Source of the DNA: Bradymonadia bacterium
GTDB taxonomy: Bacteria > Myxococcota_A > Bradymonadia > UBA7976 > UBA1532
DNA: 64,000 nt
Direction: 5' to 3'
Assembly (NCBI GenBank): GCA_046290225.1
Contig: JBKAGE010000034.1
Coordinates: 224,001-288,000, forward strand
Shown piece by piece: positions 1 through 8,800 of the stretch (its first letter is position 1; each line of letters opens with the position of its first letter). The position numbers were made by a program, and so were the translations under genes. The notes beneath the pieces are model-generated. The model saw nothing but the letters and a program-made list of their open reading frames with translations, was not told the origin of the DNA and did not search any database.

Positions 1-455
<455 letters not shown>

Positions 456-464
456 TCCCCCGCA

Positions 465-485
465 GAGCGGCTTATGGTGCCGCTC
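465..485 (+). terminator. GC-rich hairpin after eno (possible terminator or stabiliser)
   Basis: GAGCGGC-ttatggt-GCCGCTC; no U-tract. Confidence 0.3.
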
Positions 486-594
486 GCAGCGCCCTCACAG
501 GTGACAACTGACGCTGGCGGGGTAGAATCCCCAGCGCAGGTGCTCGCCGAGGGCCTGCGCCCCCTGCCCCACTGACCACCGGAGGAGGAATCGC

Positions 595-2319
595 ATGGAC
601 GCCGGAGTCCAATTTGAGGGCAGCCTCGAGCCGATGCCTCCCGTGATGGTGCTCGAGCAGCTCTCCACCCCCTCAGATCGCTTCGACCGGCTGCCGGAGT
701 ACGCCACGGTCCGCTCAGAGGGCGCAGCGTGGATGCGCGAGGCGCCCGAAGATCGCGCCGAGGTGGGTCGGGATCTGCTGGCGCTGGAGGACTTGCTCGG
801 CGACACCCTCGATCCGGCGGGCCCCAGCCTCGTGGACATGGGGATCGGCGCCTGGGATCGCGTGGGCGGTCTGCTCGACCAGTCGGAAGAGCAGCCCGGA
901 GACGACATCGAGCGCCGTATGCGCCGTATGTTGCAGCCCATGACCATCGAGCAGCTGCAAGAAGAGGATCCGGTGGAGCGCCTCGCTGCGCCGGAGCCCG
1001 ATGCCGCCACCTGGAGCCGGGCCGCAGATCTCATCGAGGCGATTCAGCGCATTCACCGCCACCAGGGCGCGGGCCTCTCCGAGGGCCTGCGCCGCGGCCT
1101 CGACGCGCTGCACGGCAGGCTCCAGAGTCAGCTGAACCGCGCCCGGAACCACGACGCCACCCTCGACCGCCGGCTCGACGAGGCCTCGCTCTCCAACGAC
1201 GCCCTGCCGGGCATGCTCCGCCGCCGCGTCACCGAGTACTTCGCCGGGGGCCGCTTCGACGCAGATGGCGTGGCCGTGCAGGTCTCCTCGGTCTCGACCG
1301 GCAGCAACCCCTACTTCGAGGCCATCGACGCCGCCGTCGCCGAGGAGCAGCGTCAAGTCGACGATGTCGACCTGCAGACCGACGCCCTCCGTGAGGTCCG
1401 GCAGTCGGCGCAATCGGTGGCCGCCCGCATCTTGTCTCAGCCCGAGGCGGAGACGGGCGAGCTCGTAGCCCAGCTCGACACCCTCTTCGCTCGGGAGGTC
1501 GCCCTCACCGAGGGCCAGCCCTGGCGCAAGCTCCCCGACGGCGCTGACGTGGACACACTGGCCCTCCGCAAGGCCCTCGCCCACCTGCCTCGGGCAGCGA
1601 CGCCCCAGGCCTCTGGCGCCAGTACGTGGGCCCCACAGAAGCACCTGCCCGAGGTCCCCGTGATGGGCCCCGACGGCCAGGTCATCGCCGTGCTCCGCGC
1701 AGGGGCCCAGGTCTCAGGCAACCTCGTGGAGACCGCCGACGGCCGACGGCTGCAGATCGCCCATGGGGATCAGCAAGGCCTCGTAGACGTGCGCTGGCTG
1801 CGCGGTGGGCAGGCCAAGACCGAGCCTGGGCTGCCCCGCCCTCAGGCACCCCGAGGGGCCTTCAAGCCAGCCTTCACCGAGCGCAGCCCTCAGCCACTCA
1901 AGGCGCCCCCGGTCCCCGGTACAGACATGGCGCTGGCCAAGGCCCCTGCTCGAGCGCCAGCCCCGCCCAAGCCTGCCCTGGCGAAGGGTCGGGCCACGGG
2001 CACGGTGGCGGCCCCTTCTGTGAGCGGACCGCCTCTGAAGATCGGTCGCGTGAGCGCCCAGGGGCTCTCGGGTCCTGACGGCGAGCGGGCACGCCCGGTG
2101 CTCCAGCGGGCCATGGAGCACCTCGAAGGCCGCCTCACGGCGAAGCTCGCCGGCGATCGTGCGCTGGCGCAGAAGCTGCTCACCACCGAGGCCAACATCA
2201 CCAGCGTCGACGTTCAGATCACCATCACCGTCGGCGGCAATGTAGACTCCCAGGCACAGGCCATCGCGGACCAGATCGCCACCCGGCTCATCGAGCGGGC
2301 CCGAGGCGCAGTGTCCTGA
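595..2319 (+). CDS. Hypothetical protein, 574 aa (helical N-terminus, possible SH3-like segment, Pro-rich linker)
   Basis: GGAGGAGG RBS before the ATG; GC3-biased ORF; no firmly recognised family. Confidence 0.8.
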   Translation: MDAGVQFEGSLEPMPPVMVLEQLSTPSDRFDRLPEYATVRSEGAAWMREAPEDRAEVGRDLLALEDLLGDTLDPAGPSLVDMGIGAWDRVGGLLDQSEEQPGDDIERRMRRMLQPMTIEQLQEEDPVERLAAPEPDAATWSRAADLIEAIQRIHRHQGAGLSEGLRRGLDALHGRLQSQLNRARNHDATLDRRLDEASLSNDALPGMLRRRVTEYFAGGRFDADGVAVQVSSVSTGSNPYFEAIDAAVAEEQRQVDDVDLQTDALREVRQSAQSVAARILSQPEAETGELVAQLDTLFAREVALTEGQPWRKLPDGADVDTLALRKALAHLPRAATPQASGASTWAPQKHLPEVPVMGPDGQVIAVLRAGAQVSGNLVETADGRRLQIAHGDQQGLVDVRWLRGGQAKTEPGLPRPQAPRGAFKPAFTERSPQPLKAPPVPGTDMALAKAPARAPAPPKPALAKGRATGTVAAPSVSGPPLKIGRVSAQGLSGPDGERARPVLQRAMEHLEGRLTAKLAGDRALAQKLLTTEANITSVDVQITITVGGNVDSQAQAIADQIATRLIERARGAVS

Positions 2320-2395
2320 TGTGTCGCCACCCTGATTTGCACCCGAGTCCCACAGCTGACTCGCAGTTGAAATCCACAAAGGTAGACGAACCCTC

Positions 2396-2734
2396 ATGAG
2401 CACCGACAACCCCACCCGCGTCATCGAGACCAACGGCCGCATCACCGTTGAGCGCATCAAAGACGGCGAGATCGAGTCCTGGCTGGAGCTGCCGGCGAGC
2501 CTGAAGCAGCCCTTCATGGCCATGGTGGCCGAGGTGGCCAACGGCGTGAAGTCCAAGGTGGACTACCCAGTCCCCGGCGGCGACGCCATCGTGGTGAGCC
2601 GCACGGACTTCGACGGCATGAGCTACGGCCTCCGGGTGACCCGCGAGCCCGTGGGCTTCCCCTCCGAGGGCCGCGACGTCATGATCGACGCGAAGGATAT
2701 CCCCCTGTTCTTGTGCCAGGCCCGCGGGGTCTGA
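2396..2734 (+). CDS. Hypothetical protein, 112 aa
   Basis: Typical codon bias; co-oriented with its neighbours. Confidence 0.8.
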   Translation: MSTDNPTRVIETNGRITVERIKDGEIESWLELPASLKQPFMAMVAEVANGVKSKVDYPVPGGDAIVVSRTDFDGMSYGLRVTREPVGFPSEGRDVMIDAKDIPLFLCQARGV

Positions 2735-2750
2735 GAGAGAGGTCGTCGTC

Positions 2751-3482
2751 ATGGGTGTGACCATCGGCACGTTGAACCTGAAGGTGACGGTCCAGCGACC
2801 CCACGGGGCGCCGGACGCCACGCAGGGGCTGCTCAAGCAACTCGCCCAGGACGACGACGCAGGGGTGGCCGAGACGCTGGCCTCGGAGCGCCGCACCCTC
2901 GACAACGCCACTCAAGATCGCCTCTCGCGCTTCTTCGGCCGCAGCTTCGAGGATGTCTCGATCTTCGTGGGCCCGATGGCCGGTGCCCTGGCCCGAGGGT
3001 TGTCCGCTGAGGCAGTGACCTTCGGCCAGATGATGTTCTTCGATCCGAAGCACTTCCGCCTGGACAGCCCCCAAGGTGAGGCGCTTCTCGCTCACGAGCT
3101 GACCCACACTTTCCAGGAAGACTCCGGGATGAGCGTGGCTCAGAAGGAGGCGGAGGCGCTGGCCACAGAGGCGGCATATCTGTCTCATCTGATGCCTGAT
3201 GGAGCGCCCTTCGCTGAGTCCCGGGAGATGCCGACGTCTCCGGTGATCGATCTCCAGGCGGCTCAGGCGGGTGACTTCGCTGCGAGTGGTGGTGGAGCAG
3301 CCCTGCGTGCTCACGTGAACCGTGAGGTGCAGAAGGGTCAGGGGCCGCGGGCGAGCACTGAGGTGTTCGAACGTCGGGTGGCTCAGGTGCTCGAGCGGGT
3401 GGAGCAATTACTCGCTCGGGAGGATGCTGGGTTGGATCAGAGGATGGGGGATGTTGATGACATCTTTACTGGGCCGATTTGA
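2751..3482 (+). CDS. DUF4157 (eCIS core) domain protein
   Basis: FGRSFEDVSIF..ARGLSAEAVTFGQMMFF..GEALLAHELTHTFQ matches the DUF4157 pattern with HExxH. Confidence 0.85.
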   Translation: MGVTIGTLNLKVTVQRPHGAPDATQGLLKQLAQDDDAGVAETLASERRTLDNATQDRLSRFFGRSFEDVSIFVGPMAGALARGLSAEAVTFGQMMFFDPKHFRLDSPQGEALLAHELTHTFQEDSGMSVAQKEAEALATEAAYLSHLMPDGAPFAESREMPTSPVIDLQAAQAGDFAASGGGAALRAHVNREVQKGQGPRASTEVFERRVAQVLERVEQLLAREDAGLDQRMGDVDDIFTGPI

Positions 3483-3522
3483 TCTTGGGGGTGGGGGCTG
3501 CGTTTGAGGGCTTTGGGGGTTC

Positions 3523-3860
3523 TCGGGGGTCGCTCCGCTGGTGAGAGAGTTTTCGGGCACGGGCACGGGCACGGGCACGGGCACGAGTTGATTCGGATGT
3601 TGACCCGTGGCCCTGCATGACCCCGCTCGTGGGTTGATTGATGTAGGCCCCTGCTCGGCCCCGCATTCTTCTCAGTGGAGGCTTCGACCACCATCCCCTC
3701 AAGACCTTCATTCTCAGGCCCTTCTGAAGCGCATCAACTCAGCCTCAATGGCAACCATCGCCCTGAGTACAAGATGGGCCAAGGGTCAACATCCGAATCA
3801 ACTCGTGCCCGTGCCCGTGCCCGTGCCCGAAAACTCTCTCACCAGCGGAGCGACCCCCGA
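3523..3860. repeat. Long inverted repeat; arms 3523-3613 and 3776-3860 contain (GGGCAC)5 and (GTGCCC)4
   Basis: The left arm TCGGGGGTCGCTCCGCTGGTGAGAGAGTTTTC(GGGCAC)5GAGTTGATTCGGATGTTGACCC is the reverse complement of the right arm except for one hexamer unit. Confidence 0.95.
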
Positions 3861-3926
3861 AACCACCAACCACCCCAACCCAAAACCCAACTCCGAAGAC
3901 CCCCTCCCCCAACTCCAGGAATCCCA

Positions 3927-4742
3927 TTGAGCGACAATCACCTGAAAGCCGGCCAGCCTGTGGTCTTCATCGACCGCAAACAGCGGGCCCACTACGACCA
4001 CCTCGTCGACGGCGGCCGCACCAACATGCGTGGCGACTACATCCCCCACGATCCGGCCATCGGCGAGATGGAGGGCTGCCGGGTACGCTCGAACAAGGGG
4101 CGCTACTACTACGTGTTCACCGCCACCCTGGCCCAGCACAGCCTGCACATGCAGCGCCACGCCACCATCGTCTACCCGAAGGACGTGGCGGCGATCCTGA
4201 CCTGGGCCGACGTGCGCCCCGGTCACCGCATCATCGAGGGCGGTTTCGGCTCAGGGGCGCTGTCCATGGCGCTGCTGCAGGCGGTGGGTTCGGAGGGGCA
4301 TCTGACAACGTACGAGCTGCGGGAGGAGTCGATCAACCGCTCGCAGAAGAACGTACGGGCGCATCTGGGCGAGGTGGCGCACCACACTGTGATTCACGGC
4401 GACATCTACGAGGGCATCGCGGCGACGGAGGTGGATCGAGTGATTCTCGACGTGCCCGAGCCCTGGGAGGTGGTGCCCCACGCGGAGCAGGCGCTGCGGC
4501 CTGGGGGGATCTTCGCAGCGTATGTGCCCACGACGCTGCAGATGCAGAAGGTGGTGCTCAAAATGGAGGGTGGCGGCTGGCTCACGGCGATCGAGTGCAT
4601 GGAGCTGCTGGAGCGCCGCTGGCACGTCACGGCAGAGAGCGTGCGGCCGAAGCAGAGCATGGTGGGGCATACGGGGTTCTTGGTTTTTGGGCGGAAGATT
4701 GCGGTGCGGAAGCTGAGATTTGGTGGGCCGAGGGGGGTTTGA
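3927..4742 (+). CDS. trmI: tRNA (adenine-58-N1)-methyltransferase
   Basis: MQRHATIVYPKD, IIEGGFGSGALS (SAM motif), VILDVPEPW, RPKQSMVGHTGFL; TTG start at 3927 with AGGA upstream (the ORF-track extension from 3675 runs through the repeat). Confidence 0.93.
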   Translation: MSDNHLKAGQPVVFIDRKQRAHYDHLVDGGRTNMRGDYIPHDPAIGEMEGCRVRSNKGRYYYVFTATLAQHSLHMQRHATIVYPKDVAAILTWADVRPGHRIIEGGFGSGALSMALLQAVGSEGHLTTYELREESINRSQKNVRAHLGEVAHHTVIHGDIYEGIAATEVDRVILDVPEPWEVVPHAEQALRPGGIFAAYVPTTLQMQKVVLKMEGGGWLTAIECMELLERRWHVTAESVRPKQSMVGHTGFLVFGRKIAVRKLRFGGPRGV

Positions 4743-4922
4743 TACTTGGCAGTTCAGATAGACGGGACAAGATTACACCGGCATCAATTAGGACAGTAAA
4801 TGAGTACCCTCGAATAAAAACAACACATCAATTGAGGGAATCGGAACCACTCAACATCGCTCTCTATGCCACCCCCCTCGCCACATACTAAACAAGTGCA
4901 CCCTTTAAGCGCTGCCCACGCC

Positions 4923-4951
4923 TTGACACCTGAACATTTGACACCTACACT
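4923..4951 (+). promoter_or_regulatory. Sigma70-type promoter for the HNH-like gene
   Basis: TTGACA (4923-4928), 17 nt, TACACT (4946-4951); GGAGG at 4968-4972. Confidence 0.6.
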
Positions 4952-4975
4952 TGCAGCTTAACTTGGCGGAGGCAT

Positions 4976-5797
4976 TTGCAAGTGAGTACACCTCAATCCC
5001 CAATACCGGTTGAAACCTGGAACCGTATCATGGTGATGGGTAATGATGATCAAGATGACATAACGCGATGTCGAATCTGCGGAGTGAATGGAGAACTTTC
5101 AAAAGAGCATGTTCTGCCCAAGTCTTGGCACAATAACAGAAACCTAAGTTGGTCCGATCGTGAGTCCCACAATGGAGTAATCAAAACAGTCCGAAGAAAA
5201 AGGCAAAGAGGTTTCACAGTTTCAACGGTATGTAGGTCCTGCAACAATGGTCCACTTTCACACCATCAAAGCAAGTTTGTTCGATATATCAACGACATTA
5301 AAAACCTTGGTAGCAGAAGTGCTGTCGGTAGTTTTATAGAAATGACTCCTCCAGGAGACCATCGCGATTTCCTGCGAGTAGTTGTTGGCATGATTCTCGC
5401 CGTCAACATAGTTGAGTTTGGAGACAACAACCCCGATCTAAGAAAATTTGTGTTGGGTCATTTAGATAAAATCAAACTGCCCTTTGATGTCTATGCATTC
5501 TATGCCCCCGACAAAGAGGAAGTTGGCACGATACAGAGGTTGCATGCTCGCGTTGATACGTTTGCAAAAGGTTATGGCTTATATGCAGGGGAGATCTCTA
5601 TGCACCCAATTGGATTCGTGTACGGATTCAATTTCGGAGAGCACTATAAAATTGAGCATTTTGCACATATTGGGCATTGGGCACATGTAGACAATGCTTC
5701 GATCTGCCTTCGATTACCGGTCAGGATGACCGGGATTGACTCCTTACATAGGATGTCATTCAGCAGAAATGGCCCTGAATACAGCAGGCATATGTAG
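4976..5797 (+). CDS. HNH-like zinc-binding endonuclease domain protein, low GC (probable horizontal acquisition); start may be GTG 4982 or ATG 5029
   Basis: CRICG..SKEHVLPKSW..VCRSCNNG pattern; clearly AT-richer than its flanks. Confidence 0.75.
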   Translation: MQVSTPQSPIPVETWNRIMVMGNDDQDDITRCRICGVNGELSKEHVLPKSWHNNRNLSWSDRESHNGVIKTVRRKRQRGFTVSTVCRSCNNGPLSHHQSKFVRYINDIKNLGSRSAVGSFIEMTPPGDHRDFLRVVVGMILAVNIVEFGDNNPDLRKFVLGHLDKIKLPFDVYAFYAPDKEEVGTIQRLHARVDTFAKGYGLYAGEISMHPIGFVYGFNFGEHYKIEHFAHIGHWAHVDNASICLRLPVRMTGIDSLHRMSFSRNGPEYSRHM

Positions 5798-5804
5798 TCG
5801 TTCA

Positions 5805-8800
5805 CTAATAGTTAGCAATCACTCTAAAGAACGGCCCACCATGGTCCTCGTTCAGGCGCTGGAACTCATCGTCACTGAATGACGTAAAGTTGTACCCCAG
5901 CCCCAAACGCACCCGCTTCTCGATGATGTAGTTCAGCTCGAACAGCGCCCCGTGCTGTTGGTTCTGGGCCAGGCTCACCTGCAGGAACCGGTACTCCCCG
6001 CCAATGTCCCACGTATCCGTCAGGTGGAAGTTCAGGCGGTTGATCCACAGCAGCGTATGACTCACCACCGACGGGATCGCCTCCACCCGACTGGCCGTGC
6101 GCTTGTAAGCCAGCTTCTCCACCAGCTGTAGGCGATACGGCAGTTCGAAAATCGGGATGATGGCCAATACATCCGACTCTTCCCGGGTCACGAGGCCGGC
6201 GCTGAGATCTTGCACCGGGAGCTGCTCGTAGCGCTTGGTGTATCGCAAGAGCGCTGCGGCCCAGTCCGTACGCACCGGGCGCCATGCGATGCCCATCGTG
6301 CCTTCCACCAGCTCCGCCTCAGTGCCGTTGAGCTGCAGGTCCATCGTGTGGCTGTAGTTCAGGCGGGCCAGCAGGCTGAAGTCGCGCTGGAACTTCCACG
6401 AGAAGGCGTTGAGCGCCAGCACCTGAGAGCGGTCGCGGCGGTTGAACTCCTCGTCGTTGTCCTCATAGCGCAGCTCGTAGCGGCCGGTGAGCTTGAGATC
6501 CTTCTTCTCGAGCCACTCGGCGCCGAGGCTCACCGTGTCGCGGCTGAACTGGCCGCCGGCCGAGGCCCCGAAGACCTGACTGCGCTCGTAGCCGAGATCC
6601 AGGTGCAAGCCCTTCACCAGCTTCATGCGGCGGCCCACGCCCATAATGGCGCGGTTACGTTGGCCCTCGGCGCCGTTCTCGACTTGGTACTCGCCGTAGG
6701 CGCGGCCCTCGCCCTTCTCTCCGATGCGCTCCTCGCCGCCCATGACCAATGTGTGGGTCACCTGGCCATTGGCGTCGGTGCGGCGGTCGCGCACGTAGAC
6801 CGTGTGGCGCTCGTCCACCTCGGCGGTCATGCCCACCTGGGCGGCGTTGTCTCCGGACCAGCGGCTGCTCACCGTGCCTTCGATGCTGACGCTCTCGGTC
6901 ATCTTGTAGCGGGCCCCGGCGGTGGTCACCGCGAGGTCGAGCGGGTCTTCGTGCAGGCGGGAGTCGCCCCGGAGCACCAGCTCCTGGTCCCCGATGAGGG
7001 TCCAGCGGTCGTCGAGATCGTACTCCCCGCCTACCTCGAGGGTGTAGACGTCGAGGGGCTGGATGAAGTCGTCGGTGCCCGTGGCGATGGTGTTCAGCCC
7101 CGAGTTCGCGTCGCCGTTGAACACGCCGTTGGTGGGCATGCCCGGGCTCTGGGGGTTGAGCAGGCCGCCCTCGTTGGCGTAGGTGCGCACGATCTCGCCG
7201 TCGATGCGCAGGCCCTTCTCTGTGTACTGGTAGCCCGCTCGGGTCACGTCGCGGCGGAATCCGCGGAACACGCCGAAGTTCTGGGTGCCGGGCTCCGAGG
7301 CCACGATGCCGTCGTGCTGCACCTTGAGCTGGTGATGCTTGTCGATGTGGTAGCGGCTCAGGATGCCGTACTTCTCGAGGCCCTGCTGCTGAATCGTGCC
7401 GCCGGCGTAGTAGCCCTCGCTCAGGTATTGCCAGTAGCCCTCGGTGTACCAGTGGTCCTGCTTGCCCTCGCCGATGAGATCGTCCATCTCGACGCCGAGG
7501 CGCAGCTGGAAGGCGCTGCCCTCGGTGTCGGTGCCGTCTCGCAGGTTGAAGGGCGAGAACGACAAGCCGCCGTCGTCGCTGAAGAGGTTCTCGCCGTTGA
7601 ACGAACGGCTGCGGGCCAGCTCGCCGGTGAAGAACGACTTGCGGCCGTGGCGGGCGGTGAGCTCTGCCCCCCAGAGGCGGTAGTCCGGCAGGCCCTGATC
7701 GCTGCGGCCCTCTTCGATGTAGCCCGCGCCGAGGGTGATCTGCTTGTTCCAGGTCTCCCGGGCGTGCACGCCGAAGGTCTGATCGCCGAAGTTCGACAGA
7801 TCGCGGTGGTCGTACTCGATGCTGATGTAGACCGGGTGGCCGTCGAGGGTGCGGTTGCCGTTCATCGAGGGCACCTGAGGCAGCGCGCCCATCACGTCGA
7901 GCGTGCTGCTCTGCACGGGCTGCTTCACCAGGATGCGGCCCTCTCGGTACCGGATGTTGTAATCGGCGTCGCGGCTCAGGGCGATCTTGCGCCGCTCCAC
8001 GCCGCTGATCTTGTCGCGCTCGATCAGGTAGATACGCTCGGAGCCCTCCACGACGTCGCGGTGGGGCAGGTAGTAGAGCGAGCCGCCGGTGCCCTGCAGC
8101 TCGACATAGGCGTGGCGCTCGGACTCTTCGTCGTCACTGGCGAAGGCCGTCAGCTCGTGGCGGAAGTCGCCGGTGTCGACGTCGAGCTTGAGGTGGGCGC
8201 CGTAGAGCGTGCGGTCGTAGTTGAACAGCTCCACGCCCCGGATGCCGGTCTTGAAGTTGCCCACGGTGAGGGTGCTGCGGTCGGCCTCGATGAGCACGTA
8301 GACCGGGCCGCGGGCGTTCACGTCCCGCACACTCTCGCTGCTGTCGCCGTACACCGGGTAGAAGGTGTCGGGATCGATGAGCTGCTCGAAGTAGGCCTCG
8401 TACTCACGGTGCCGGGCGGTGTCGACGTTGGCGGTGACCTTGATCTGCTTGAACAGCCCGCCGAGCACGTCTTTGCCCTGCATGCGACCCTTGAGGTAGG
8501 CCACGGCCCGGCCGTGCAAGTACACCCGATCGCTGATGCGGGTCCGGGTGTGATCGTAGACGCCATCCAGCTCGGAGTTTACGGAGCCGGTGAGGCCCTC
8601 ACCGAGGGCGAGCAGGAACCACTGCTCGCCAGAGACGGTGTAGTTGCGGCGGATGACCCCGCGGTTGCCCCCGGGATCGGTGGCCACGATCTCCACCTTG
8701 GCCTCGCCGATGGGCAGCTCCACGACGCCGCTGAAGTTCCCCTTCTCGTCGAGATCCACCGGCTGACCATTGAGGGTGATCACGTTCTGGGGATCGGTGC

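Noticed and set aside
3555..3828. Possible CRISPR array
   Set aside because: Contiguous hexamers inside inverted arms; no repeat-spacer periodicity and no cas genes
3675..3926. N-terminal extension of TrmI containing (RA)n
   Set aside because: It is translation through the inverted-repeat arm; TrmI-like sequence begins at TTG 3927
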